Positions 24,952 through 39,877 of a stretch of DNA of 64,000 nucleotides are shown piece after piece (within the stretch, counting starts at the first letter, position 1; each line of letters starts with the position of its first letter). The stretch is from Lingula anatina. Taxonomy: Eukaryota > Animalia > Brachiopoda. The translations under genes were made by a program, and so were the position numbers. Location: NCBI GenBank assembly GCA_051362555.1, contig CM120647.1:4650001-4714000 (forward strand), in the 5' to 3' direction. A model generated the notes under the pieces. It saw nothing but the letters and a program-made list of their open reading frames with translations. It was not told the DNA's origin and did not search any database.

Positions 24952-27900
24952 AAGCTTTCTATTCTACCAGGTCATTTCATTACATGTTAATGGTGAAGCT
25001 TTGCTTGAAAGACCTAAACCAAATTAATACGTAGGGTACTAAAGACGTGTTTATTCCAAACGCTAACCTCGAATTAAGTAGCTTCTCATGCTTCTGCTAA
25101 TTTTCAGCAATACGGCATCAATAAAATTATCTCCGTCTGGTACACTGCACTGGTGCATCAGTTATGTAGCCGTGTGGATATCTTGTGTTTACTGTGTTCT
25201 GCTCTCAGCGCCATATGTAACTGTTCAAGACAAAATACATTTTCTTTGTTCTTATTTCCGTTTATTCAAGACCATTGTGCTGCAAAAAGTAATAACATAA
25301 CGATGAGGGAATAAGAAGTCTCACCATAATAATCTTATTCATAGCTATGATGTCTGATTATATAATGAAAACAATTATAATGATGATAATATAAATAACA
25401 GAGTTTTCAAAACTACCTGTCAAGATAAACGATGGTGAGAGAATAAGAATGACAGAAAAAAGGCGGCGACGATATTAATATACGACGAAAGGCGGGAAAG
25501 ATGACCGATGGGAAAGTAATATGACGTCCACGTGACAAAACAAAATAGACGTACACTAGTGAACACAAGATAACCATATGGCTACACTTAAAGCAGTCTT
25601 GACATGATGTAAATGATAACTTTGTCTTAAATCTTTAAAAGAAATCTTTGGACATACTAACCAGGCGACGAACCCTTAGGGACCATTCCCAGACCATATC
25701 GTACTAACTGTGAATCGAGCCATCTCCAAGGGGGATTTCGCTACATTGCAATCAACTTAAGCGCCATAGAGTTTGCCACGCCTACTGAAGTTGCTAGGGG
25801 GTAATTGATTATCGTTTATCAGCGTCAGTAGGCGTGCCAGACATCCACCGGTAAGCTTCTTAAGCTGAAAACAATTTAGCGAGAAACCCTTTGTAAATGG
25901 ATCGACCCTGTCAGATCGATCTAGGAATGGAAACCCAGTCTTATAAATGGGAGTATTGAAGTAGCCTTAACTTTGCCAGTTATGTTGAGTAGTAATGGGT
26001 ATTTTGTTGTAGGGTCTTAATGAAATGAATAAATAACATTTTGTATGTATTTTTGTATTTTCGTCGGTCATTATTATTATCATTATTATTATTATTATGT
26101 TGCAGGTATGACCCAGTGGTGCAGGTAAAAACATTTATTTTTAACCTATTTTGTGCTTTCTTTTCTCTCTTTCTCTTTCGATATTGTTTCTTTCTTTTTG
26201 TCAGGGGGATTACGTCATATCTAAATCAAAATACATGTATCGTTTTCTTTTAATTTTTATGCTTATTAAAGACGGTATTCCTTAAATAAACGAGTAACAG
26301 ATTTCAATCATTGACATTATCATACACATTTTCACCAATTCATTCTATTTCACTTTGTCTTTATTGATGTTTTTTTTTTTCATATAATTACTGGTCTGAT
26401 CATCATTCAATTGGTATGCCATTGAGTTTTTTTTAATCTGTTGTTTGAATATTTTTACGATTAGTAAGGTTGTAACAACACCACTCCATTTAAAGATGTG
26501 CATGTATCGGGTGACAAGCCTGAAAGTAGATTTCCTTCCTTGTTACCAGTTCCAGGCCTTGGTCTTTAACCTCTCATATTAGCAATATCCCATCTCAAAC
26601 ATAACTTTGGTAACAATTTAAATTAGACTTTTAGAAAATGAAAACTAAGTAAAACTCAAGAGTGATATACTCTCTATTGAGAATACAATATAATAGAATG
26701 CACCACAAATGGCTTATTTGTACCCACATAACAGAACATCGTATGTTTCAGTTTCTCTGCATGTATGTGCCAGATGTTCTCTACCGTCGTGAAGAAGCAC
26801 TTCAGCTTGTTAAGTGCCAGTGTTTCACCGAGGCCAACGAATCCTTCAGTGCACTTATAGGGGATATCCTCAGAGTGGCAGATACTGGACAGCCAATCCC
26901 AAAAAGATTAATGGTCGAATTTTACCATGGTCGAGCCATATGTAGATTTGAATTGGTAAGTTTTTTTATATTCTTGAGAATGCCATTAGTTATGTCTCCT
27001 TAATATGCTTTCATCGGCATATCTTAACAATATTGAAATGCACTTGGTTTGGTCATTTGGTTTATTAATGGGATATACCTTATAATATTCACTATAAAAT
27101 ATAGTCATGATTTTATGAAATTGAACCACACCCATTTGATGGAATAAAGTTGCATTTTGTAATCAAATATAACACCGCATTATAAAGCATAAAGTAATAA
27201 AAGCAAGCGAATAAGCATGCGTGGGTTACGCTATCAGGATTTTAAACCATATATCAAATTGTGAATAATGTGAATTCACAGGCAAAGTCACGTCTCTCTG
27301 TAGAACGGAAGTACATGTAAGTCTGTTTTTTTTTTCACTAATTATTTGCAACATCAGCTGCAAAACATGCAAATGCATGCATGTTCCATCACTTTCCTAT
27401 GATTCCATTGATTCGTATTCAGATCTGTTTATTTTTCAGGATTTACTTGTGGAAGCTTTGGGAGATGTGCACGAAGGTAAATCTTTCTGTCTCTTTGTCT
27501 TTTTCTTTCTGTCTCTCTCTCTTTCCCCTCTCTCTCCCTCTTTCTCTCTCTCTCTGCGCCCATACCATCTCGTTCAAAACGATAACAATGCTGTGTATAT
27601 AATTATAAACCTGTTCACTATTTTATAATTGAAATGCCCTTCTACTTACTGACCGTACTGGGCGCTGATTTGGTTTTATATAGTGCACAAGTAATTGAGA
27701 GTGAGAGGAGTGCAACTGTGCATCTTTAAAAAATCATTTCCAATTCGATGTTTGGGCTACACGCCAAATTAGGGGGCAGGGTCACCCTATAAGTCGCCTG
27801 ATTTTTGAAAGTACCAATACTGATTATTACAATGTGGCAAATTAGAAAAAAAAAAGATTCACAGTGTACATTTAATATGTATTTCTATTGTTGAAGTGAC

Positions 27901-29982
27901 TTTTGCAGATTTCCGAATGTGAGATATGACTATACTGAAATATGAGACTATTTCTCTGGATGACAGAACTGTACATTAATTTTTATATTTTATTTCATAT
28001 GATATGAACCTTGTGAACACTGATTTCTTGCATTTATTGAAACCATGTATTTATCACCTTAGCACTAAGATGGGAAAAACCAGCTAGGATATTATTTTTA
28101 CCTCCTGAAATTCCTCTTATACGGGATGCCACCATACGAAGATTACTAGAGCAACTGCCGTATTGGAGACCGGTATGTAGATTGCTTTAAAACCCTAGTA
28201 ACACTAGAGGGAGAATGAGCTAGAATGCCGCCTTAAAGAAAATTCTTTGTATGTTCTTGGATATTCGAAGTGTGTTCTAAAACTCTGAGTGCATTCCGTA
28301 TGTCGACCCATTATTGTTTCCCGCCCGAATGTTTTGCTGATACTTAAAACTATCGAAGTGCATCCCAAGTGGAGAAATATCGAATGGTTTCGAAGTGTAT
28401 TCTAACTGCACTATGAGTGCATTCGTAATACTTTTACGGCATTCTAACATCATTCGAAATATTCTGATTGCATTCGAGGGAGAATCGAAATGGCAAGACA
28501 CTGCAAATTCTGTCAGAATGTTTGGCATATGCCTCAAATGAGCCGGTGCAACTCAAATGCATCTCGATGGTTACGTAAATCCTATTTCGGCCAGCAATCG
28601 AACCACATAGAAGCCCCGAATAAAGCCCCTATTTCACACAGACCACGAATCCCACGAATGGCCATGAATTGACAAATTTCAGGATTCGTTGTTGAATCGT
28701 AATCAGCTCGTGAAGTTCTTAACAGATTCGTATATAATCGTAGTCAGTTCTTGCAATTCTTGATCAATCGGGAATTCGTGGCAAAAATTTTGAGCTGTTC
28801 AAAGTTTTGGCCACGAACTCCCGATTCCAAAAAATTGTAGTGAATTTCTGGTCAATATTCGTGCGATTCCAGCCGAATCTCACGAATATTCGTAACACTA
28901 TCGCACCTGTATCGTAAATGAATCGTAGAGCGTGTCGAATTAGACCAAAAAATTGGCAAAATCTCACGATTCCAGCCAAATCCCACGAATATTCGTAACA
29001 CTATCGTACCTGTATCGTAACTGAATCGTGAGCGTGTCGAATTAGACCAGAAAATTGGCAAAATCTCACGAATCCGCACGAATCCTGAAATTTGTCAATT
29101 CCTGGCGATTCGTGGGATTCGTGGTCTGTGTGAAATAGCAGGAATCAAGCAGAACCAGCCGGATTGACTAAATTTAAAATTTCGTACTACATTCGGGAAG
29201 AAATTTCAAATTGACTTAAATTATTGTAAGAATGCCGTTGGAATACTTAGGATGCGCTTGAATCTACCTGGAATGATTCGTGCACATCTCGGCTGTATTA
29301 ACTATCAAATGCAGGTCAAATGTAGTTGGAAAACTAGGAATATCAATAATGCTGTCAGAATACAGTCAGAATACATAGAATACACTTCAAATGCCGTACG
29401 AGTATAGTTCGATTGCTGGCTGAAATAAGATCGAGATGCATTCGAGTTGCATTCCGGCTCATTCTAGTTGGATTTGATGTGTCTTGCCATTTCGGTTCTC
29501 CAAGAGAATTTACAAGAAATTAACTCCCGAATGTGACGCGAATTTCAAAACTTCTTCATTCCGGCTCATTCTTCTTGAGTACTGCTGATTTCGAATATGC
29601 GTGATGGAGGGTAACCATTATGGCATGCACAAACACAAGGTTGGCAGACCATTATATTTAAAATGTGTGTGTGTGTGTGTGTGGGGGGGGGGGGTGCATC
29701 AAGAAAGAAAACAAAAGTGGGGTTAGGGAGGAGATAGCAACACAAATTGAGTATTTAAAATTGTTCCCGATGCTGACTAGGGTCTTGGTGCGATGAAAAA
29801 TAGTTGCATGGCTTATTCAAATAAGTCATGGTTTGATCACGATTTTATTGTGATACGTGGACTTGATGAGTACAAAATCCCTTAGTGTTGCTCATCGGTT
29901 AGGACTGACATGGTCGACTTATGCATTAAAGTAATCGATGTTGAACAGGTTCATATTGGGATTTGCTCCTGTTATTGCAGAC

Positions 29983-30030
<48 letters not shown>

Positions 30031-33000
30031 TCACAGACAGACATACATGAATAAATAAATAAATGTAATCAAATGGAAAATTATATGTTATCTTACAGCG
30101 TATTCCTGAGTTGATAAAGAAACTGCATAGCTTTGGAGACGATAGTTTTCAGCAAAAAGAGTTTGTGCATGCTTTGCTGTGCTACCGTGACGTCCTTATA
30201 CTATCTGGCGTCGTCCCTGAGTGTCAGATAATGAATAAACAGACTGCTGCTCGGTTGCTTCTAGGGTATTCTGAATGTTGTCTTGAAATAGCTAAAACGG
30301 ACATGGACGTTCTAAATCAGGTAAGGTTACATACTGTGCATTGTATTTTATTTTTAAAATGATCGAATTGTACATTTTTGTCTTTGGTTGAACGATTCTG
30401 TATTTTATGCATCTTCGATGCAGAAATTGGAACATGAATAACAAGATTAAAATATGTATATTTTTCTTTGACGCAGATGTTTGCAAAACTATGTGGAGAC
30501 CATTGCCAAAAAGGTAAGTTGTTTAAATTTACTAAATTAAGTAATCGTGTGTCCTTCTACCAAAAATGGTGATGAATAAAATTCCCCCTTTTTTGATTTT
30601 GCAAAGGAGTAACTCGTCAAGTACTAATGAAACCGTGAGAACTGAATTTATGTGGTGCTAAGCATTCAGTAATGAGCTCCGTTTTCAGCGCTTGGTCTTA
30701 TCGAAAGTGAACAAAATGAAGACGAATGTCGTGCACTGTGTGCAAAGGCGTACGATTTGAAGTCGAGGGCCTTCCATAACCAGGGATACATTAAAAAGGC
30801 CATCGAAATGGCAGAGGAGGCAAACAGCATCTTTTCCAGTGTAAGTCCACTTATGATGAATATTTGTTGATTAAAAACTATGCTATCACACAAATTAATC
30901 ACCTTAAGCAGTAGACATTCAGTATCTTAAAAAATGCATGACGTAGACTATAGACTTAAACATTGGGGCATTAATCTCCCAATTGGAAACGACATTAAGC
31001 TTGCGGTCGGTTAATTTTAATTGATGACAGGTTTGTTTAATAATTTTATTCAGGATAGAAATAATTTTTGGAGTGGAGCCCAACCAGGTTTTACCAGTTT
31101 ATGTGCATTGTGTCCAAGATACTTAAATTTATTTTAAATAAATGCCATTAGTGATTTTTTTTCAAAACAATCAAGGTGACATTACCATTCCTCGCTGCAT
31201 TTAAATTATTCATGTAATGACTTAAATATTGGTTGTGGCGTGTGCATATTTTATGTCATTTACAGGAAACCAGAGAAAAACAGATACGAATATTGAAAAG
31301 AATGCAGGGTGAAATCGAGGCCAAAGAAAGGAGAGAGTCACCCAAATACGACCCAGATTGGATAGCGGGACTTGTGCCAGTTCGTAGCAAAATATTTCCC
31401 TGTTAAATTTGACTTGATTTTTTATTTTAACAGTCATGCATGATTTGACATTTAAATGATACACCATACGTTTTTTTCACATGTTGTTAACTACACAAAG
31501 TGCCTGCCAATGATGATATTTTTTTTTCAAATAATCATCCTGCTTTACAGGCTTCAAGCGGAAGAGTGGAAAAATTTGCTTATACAAGTAAGTGGTGGAT
31601 TTTGGGATATGACTAAAAACAGTTGAAGAGTTGAATAAACGCATATTGTTATGTATTCAAACACCGTGAACAAATCGAATATGTGCCGAAATGGTACTAA
31701 GTGACATAAGTAACAAGTATATAGATAAATTACATTTTTGTATGCCGTTTAACAAGCAGCGTTTTACTTACCAGATGTGTTTATTTATAATGTCTTTCCT
31801 AGTCGGATTAGTTTATTGTTTTGGAAAATTGCTGTTAAAATGTATGTACATTTACTTTTGGTTCAAAATGTGTATTTGTTGATTTTAGCAAGGCAAAGTT
31901 TTGGCGATTTGAAATAAAACAACGTATGTCACAAAAATGTTCCAAGAAAATATTGCAATTGTTTGGCTATCATTACATATTTTCAGCCAAACTTTTGTTT
32001 CACATTAAGGAACCACTATATTCTAATCTTGAAAAAAAAGGTTATGAAATACGGTGTCTGTATAGATTAATTTGCATTTACAATATTTGTCAAAGAGTTC
32101 CCGTTTAGGGAACATTTGCCAATTATGATATATCCATCATCGGCTCCATGGAAGATGTTTGTATCTGACACTGTTTCAGAGAAATCGACAAAATCAAATA
32201 AGACAACGACTACACATGATAGAAGAAACATGCAGGCGACCACCGCTAGTAACATCATGGTAAGACTTACACTTGATTTACAGGCTCGACATCCAACGTG
32301 GAGTATTTCACTTTCAAATGTATGCCCGGGTAAAAACGTGTTCCTTTTTTTTTTTCAAAATGCTCAGATCTCAACCTCGTAGGGACCATATATTGTTGAT
32401 CTAAAAACCTCCCATGGGCCCAGTTAAAGGGATAATAACTCTTCGTTTTGGCCAAAAAATGAATTTTCCTGGAGTAAACAACAATTTTCCCATACTTACC
32501 AATGGTTAAAGAATACATTTTTACATTCAAAGTAAGTCCCTGGTTTTTTTCTAAAAAGTTTGGTTTTTTGTTAAAATCTCTTAAGAGATTTTAACAGACT
32601 ATGGCCATCAATGGAGGTCACGTGCTCTAAAGACAAGCTCAGATATCAGAATAATAGCTATAACTGCCGTTTTTGTGGTAAAACAGAATATATTATATTT
32701 CTATGAGTTATTCACAATGTTTTAACTGTGAAATATAGATCTCATACGAAGAGTTATTATCCCTTTAATGTGCACAGGTGCCTTTAGAAAGTTGGATTAC
32801 GAAAAATGCAGAAATATAAACTCCGCAATACCGGGATATATATATCCCAAACATTGTTTTCATGAAGAAGTATTCAGAGAGTAGCAAAACTTATTTTAAC
32901 CCATGTCTTTACTGTATTTCAATAAATATCCACATGTAAACATAGCACAATATATTTTTTTCTCTACGGAGGTTGGGTAAAATCTAAATCATTATAATAA

Positions 33001-33365
33001 TACAGTTACAGTTTGTTACAGTGTATACACGTCTGTGCGCACTTTAAATCTGTTGTTAATTAAAATGATTAGGGTTATGGTGATCAGCGTACCTGTACGC
33101 AACATTTGAGCTTTGCAGAAAAAAAAAAAAAAAAAAAAAAAAACTCTCTCTAATACTATTTACTGTTGAATAAATAAAGAGTGAGGGATTCTTTCCAGGC
33201 TGCCACTGAAACTGGTCGAAGATTCCCAGAAACAATAGCATCAATAGAAATGGATCTTGGTCAGCCAATGACAGAAGAGGATCTGGCGGATTTAGGGCGA
33301 CTTTTTTATGAAAAAACACGTGCGTTAACGTTTCCCGTCATGGGACAAACATTGACATTTCGAAA

Positions 33366-33409
<44 letters not shown>

Positions 33410-36400
33410 AACTGAATTGAATATAAAGCTGCCATCACAGGAAAGGCTTGTGCAAATTTTGATTGATTTTTTTTTTATTTGACACCAATCTGATTAACAA
33501 TTAAGCCATCAATCCTCTTTTAATGTCTGATATATTATATGGTAATACATGGTATGCAAAGTTGGCTAAATTATCTTTTCTACGCTAGGCGTTGGATTTT
33601 CATTTGTAGTGACATGAAAATGAATATATTAAATTCGTAATCGGTACATCATAAAAGACCTAGCCCCGTGTCAATAAATACTTTGTTACCTCATTAAACA
33701 CAAACTTACCATTTTCTTGTACAATACACAAATGAACAATAGAAGTGTCACCCCCTGAATCAGTGTATTCAAATAATAATCAAGTAATCAATAATCAAAG
33801 TAGGCAGATTTTGAGTAGTTATTATACCTGGTCTACATTTTTTTTTTGTGAAATTTGATGTTAATGAAATGATACCAGGAGCATATCATTCCACAGTCAT
33901 CTCCCAAAGTAATGGTTCAGTAGGGTGAGACTTCCATTGTTCATTGTGTTTATATAGCATTTGCAGTTGATATTTACACCTAATTGACCAGTACATTTTA
34001 TTTTCCAGGCAAACAATTTCCGTCGAGAGTTCCTGACCAATCGACGGGAGCAACTAAAAATGAAAAGGCTGCTTGTACGCCAACCACTGCGGTGGTTGAG
34101 GACGAGCCCTTGGAAGAATCGATGATCCATGTGGCGCCACCTGTGTTCCCGGATTCAAACTCAGATGAAGAAGAGGAGGAAAACACGCTGGATCAGGAAG
34201 TCATGGAGACGGATTTTAACGATGCTCTGTATGGAGACCCATTTTCAGAATCTTTTGAAAATGATGATTTTGGCGACCATGGCAATTTGTATGATTTTCA
34301 CTCAAAGTTCATGCTGGAGAAAAAATTACTTGAGGATCCTTCAAAATATAAACTCTGCACCCTTTACATAGAAACCAACCAGAAAGCTCATGCAATCCCG
34401 ATAGGCACAAATGAACAAATACCGCGTATTGAACTCTACGGCAGAATACGTTCTGGACTTGCTTTTAATGAATCGGATGTTGTCGTTGAAGTGTTTAACC
34501 CACCTGAAAATGATCCGATACCAAGCCATACATACAGAGGCAAAGTAATTGGTGTATGGTTCGAACCCCGTGTCAAAAAGTTCTCTCGATTTGCATGTAC
34601 CATTGACGACTACCGCAGTAACCTTGCAAAGCCAATATGCCGGACAGCTCCCAAGATCGAGCTCCTTGGATTTCCTGACAACGTGCGAGAAAAAGATGAA
34701 GCAGATGTTCCCATATACTCTGTAGAATATGACGGCCAATTGAAATATAAAAAGAAGATGAAAATAGAGGCCAAATACAAAGATGACATCATACTCTTGG
34801 TAAGATACCTCAAATGGAAGCCGTTCTGTGTTTTTCCTCTTGGGGTTGCTGTTGGTGTCTTGAAGGGTAGCGCATCACTAGAGCGAGAAATGAGACTACT
34901 CATGATTCAACACGACCTTGTCAAAACGTTCCCAACACATGTTGCTGATCGAGTAAAGGCTTTGTCCAGAAAACACAAAAAAATTCCCGCGCATGAGTTT
35001 GAAAAACGTTTGGACTACAGGGGGGTAGTGACCCTGACAATTGACTCCGCAGATACACGAGACATCGACGACGCATTGAGTGTTGAAGATATCGGGGACG
35101 GCATCACCCGCATCGGAGTTCATATTGCTGACGTCACGTATTTTGTTAAGAAGGATGACCTGATCGACAAAGAGGCTCGAGCACGAGGTGTCAGCTTTTA
35201 TCCTCCCCGTGATCAACAACGCATATTCATGCTACCGGATGAACTCACAACATTCATTTGTAGTCTCGTCGAGGGGGAGGACAGGCTTGCACTTTCAGTT
35301 TTCTTCGATTTTGATCAAAATGGAAACATGGTTTCCAAACCTACCATTGAGAGAACGGTGGTGAAATCAAAACAGAAAGTAACCTATGAAGAAGCAGAGG
35401 TGATTCTGTGCGGGTCGGGACTTTCAAATGAAATAAGCAACGCTTTGAAAAAATTACATCACGTTGCGAGTAAATTTCGCGCCCAGCGATTGGAACAGGG
35501 GTCTGTTTTTAACCAGTTTCAGGACAACGGTGCCCCTATGGCTCACGCGACTGTGGAAGAGTTCATGATCTTGGCTAACGTGACCATAGGGCAATCCCTT
35601 AGCGAATCATTTCAGCATGTTCTTCTACGGGTGCAAGACCCTCCTGTGGATTCAGCTTTGCAAATGTGGCAAAAGGAGTTCAACCAAGTAGCCAAACACT
35701 CCGCTACATTGAAGAAATACCAACTGAAATATGACGCAAATGCGCCATATGGGTTAAAGCAGGTCCAACAGCAGGGGCAGTTGGGTACACTGTATGTGAG
35801 GGAAGCAGTGTGGAAGAAAGCACTTGAGGTTTCCAGGAAGGGTGCTGGACAGGAACTTTTGGACATATTTTCCAGAGAACATCACGTTCCATTAATATAC
35901 AGTGCACACTGGAAAATTAACGAACTCCAACGACCGGCCCGAATGGCGGCTTGCAGTTCCACCGCCATCCCGTCCCAGGATAAAGGGCACCACGGACTGA
36001 ACATGACGGACTACACTTGGTTTACGTCTCCGATACGAAGATACGTGGACATCGTGGTCCACCGGTTTGTTCACGCCATGCTTGACAAATCAGTTGACAC
36101 TCCACCGTATTCACAAAAGGAATTAGAAGACATTTGCAAGGAGATGAATGCGCTCCACAGGAAAGCCAAGAAGTTCCACGGCGCGTGTGAACTCATACAA
36201 TTCTGCCTCCAGTTGAAAGAGAACAAGACGAGCACCATACTTCCAGTAGTTACTGCATTGGACGATTCCTTTATACAACTATGCCTACCGTGTTGTAAAG
36301 ACATCCCCTCGAGGCATCTCAGACTGCGCTTTGGGTCTATGGGCCTGAACCAGAGACCCAGTTTAGACAAAGGCACGGGTGCAGTTTTTCAGTTTTGTCC

Positions 36401-39400
36401 TCTCAGATGGAAGAAGAGGTTATATGACAGGGTGGCAGTTCCAAAACCCCCGGGAGGGAAAAGACAAAAACAACGCGCCCAGGATTGGCATGATGTTAAC
36501 CCAAATCAGTTCCTGACACCAATGCCTGTAGGTGTGTGGGACGGCATCATTGAGGCTGTTAGCCAACAAAATGCCCAGGCTCTTTCGACATTGATCAAGA
36601 TGAAACACAAAACTATAGCTAACATGGCTCAAAGGGAAAACGAACTTTTCAGTGCCAACATAAACACCGATGCCTATCGCAAGAGTGACGGGACTATCGC
36701 AAATAAGGAATCTAAGTTCCAGCTAAAAGTTACCCTTGGGACAGTTGTCCGAGTTCTAGCTCAGGCTAAGTTCCATAGAGGATCTCTTTGTCCCAGGCTG
36801 TCTCTAATGAGCCTGTCGCCCAATGTGCACATCTGCTTAAAACACCACGACGACCCTGTGGCCTGTTTTTGTGACATTTCCCCAGTAAAACCTCTAGATG
36901 AGACATATACAGACGAGAAGACCTATCAGTCAACTCTAATCCCTCTACTGCAGATAGAGGGCGCACAAGCGGCTGTCATAGACGAAGTTTCTTTGACCGT
37001 CTGTAACGTGAGAGTGTCGTGGATGAAGAAAAATGCGAACTGGTATGGGAGCGTTGTGCTAGGAGACACCTTCTGCGAAGACCGGGGTATCAGGCTCTCC
37101 TCCAGCCAAGAAGATGACGGTGATGCAGCTGCTAACCCTGATAGAATAGTAGACACCGGCGAGTACAGAGGGTATGTGTGCATTGTATACCGCAACCTTC
37201 CGCCTGACTCCCAGTGCGTCAGTGACAGTGGTGCTACTGGCGATTGCCCCATTGACCATCAGTCTACTCATAGCGAGCCATCATCTAGAAGCATCTGTTT
37301 GCCGCAGTACAACTCAGACGCAGAGTCCACGTGGTTGGGACACGGTCTGATTGTGCATGTTAGACGCAGGGACAAGAGGGTGGTTTTTAAACTCCATGAT
37401 GGCATCATTCCGGAGACGATCGAGTCCAAAAGCAATCCGAAATTAGCCACAGTAGAATTCCTAGACAGAATAATGCCGTCCATGTATGTATTGCCATCAC
37501 TAAATAATTTTATATTTTTTTCATAGAAGCAAATTTTTCAATTATTACAGTTTTCAATGAATTATGTGCCGCGTGGCATATTGTGTTACTTATTCAGTGC
37601 GTGGTGTTTAACCGCGTAGCTAAACATTATTTGCGAAATGACTATGTAGTTTGGAAAGGAACTGAACATACCTTTTGAGCCCTCAGTCGAAATAACAATT
37701 AGCTTATTCTGTGTATTTTGCCGTATGGAAATGTCTAAATTTTGATCTGTGTAATAGCAGATGGTACAAAGCTTCACTGCACGTATACATAATTTACAGA
37801 TACAGTAATTTTAAAATCACTTATTCTTAAAATCATCCTTACTGAGTTTTTGCAACAAAACATACATATATGCACCCACGTATGCACGCACGCACACACA
37901 CGCACGTACACACATACACACATACGGGTACATGCATGCATGCATACATACATACATACATACATACTGTTTCATTGTGACAATGGCTTTGACCATTGTG
38001 TCTCTGTAATCCCATCCTTTTTTTAAAGACGAATGGAAAATGCGGTGCGAAGTCTTGGTGAAGCAACCATTTTGGCCAAAAATATCGCTTTGGGTAAAGC
38101 CAATCTCAGAGATGTGATTGACGATAGAGGTAAGCTAGAGTTTAGTGCCTTTATATACCCAAATTGTATGCCTTAAGGTAATGCCTTTACTTTTACAACG
38201 GAAAAAATATTAAATAAAAAGATACAGCTATTGTTTAAGTCATTTATACTTAAAATCCAAAAAATGAATGAGCTATATCTACAAAGAAAAAGCATCACAG
38301 ATGTTACATTTAAATATACAAAGTAGCAATTTTTCAAATATGTTTCTGAAAAAAATGCGAATTGTACCCATTGAAAAGATCGAATCATTAGAGTTATGTT
38401 GTCAGATACCGTCATCAAACTGTCTAGATAGAATTCAAACTTTCAAAACTAAAAGATAGGACAAAATTTATTTTTCTAATCTGTAAGAATTCCAAAAAAA
38501 GTGCATTAATATCAATAAATGATAGGCAAATAAAATGAAAGACTTCAAAGGTGGGTAGAATTGTTGCATTTGTCAGTAACTTGTGTGGGTGCTTTCGTTG
38601 ATTTAAAACGCGTACAAGTACTGTCTTCTTCATTAATGTCACTGGTGTAAGGGGGTTTGTGCGCATTTTTGACGTTAAATTGTTAATGCACGTGTTTGTC
38701 TGTAGTGCAATACTTATATTATTATTATTATTATTATCATTATTATTATTATTGTTGTTGTTGTTGTTGTTTTTTAAAGACTGGAAAGATGTAGAGGCAT
38801 TTTTCTACCTCCACGAGGAAGACCCAAAGAAGAGGATGGAGAGGGAAATGAAAAAAAGAAGAGAACCGTCTCGCGTGAAACCCGAAGACCTTCTTGACAG
38901 ACGAACTAAATATTCTAAAGGGCGTTACTTGGAGAATTATCTTCCGAGAGCCAACGAGAAACAAAGGGAGGCGGTGATATCTTCCATAATGAAGCCATTC
39001 TCACTGATTCAAGGACCACCAGGTATATAAACACGATATTTTGTCCAACTTTCTCTGATTCAAATCCTTTTATGATTATCTCGGTATTTGTACTTTAAGA
39101 CATTTTAATACAGCCATAAATGGTTTTATTCAAGCCTTGAATTAAGTTAAGAATTGGTAAATAAAACTAGATATATGTCTGTTTTTATTTTCTACATTTA
39201 TTCTGTGGTAGATTGATTCGCTTGCACTCAACGCGATCTATATCAGAAGCAAAAAAAAAAAAAAAATTATATAAACATGTAGTACACGAAGACATTTCAT
39301 TGAAAAAAAAGGAATACCATCAATATATACTATACCGAAATATGGAATTTTCCTTGTCAGTCTTTTTATTATTATTATTTTTTATTTTTTTTTTAAAGAT

Positions 39401-39813
39401 ACATGTATGCCTTACAGTTTCTATAAAAAATAATATTTTAATTCCTCTCACCAACCAATGCCAATTCTTGTATCCAGGCACAGGCAAAACGCTTACAGGT
39501 ATCCGTCTGGCCTACTTATTCGTAGAATGGAATCGCAGAAACTCCCCAGAAGAAAGAAAACATGTGCTGTATTGTGGACCGTCTAACAAATCAGTTGATG
39601 TGGTTGCAGGTAGGGAAAAATCACGTAAAGAAGGATGAGGATTGCATGAATGGCGACAAGATGTTTGTTGTCCGTGCAGTCCGTTAAATGAGCAACCAGC
39701 AGCAGCCGCAGTGTTGGTTTAAATTAGCAGTTAAGTCCTAGTTTTATACAGACGCTGTGTCTTTTTGATAGAAAGGCTTCAAAACGGATAAATTGTAGGC
39801 AAGTTAAGAAAAG

Positions 39814-39877
<64 letters not shown>

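Noticed and set aside
33998-37483. Multiple minus-strand ORFs overlapping the large exon (also at 13989-15210 and 39894-41105)
   Set aside because: These are antisense shadows of real coding sequence with no recognisable motifs.
33984-37526. Stand-alone 1180-aa RNase R gene
   Set aside because: It is bounded by an acceptor (34008) and a donor (37484) and continues in phase into helicase exons, so it is one large internal exon.
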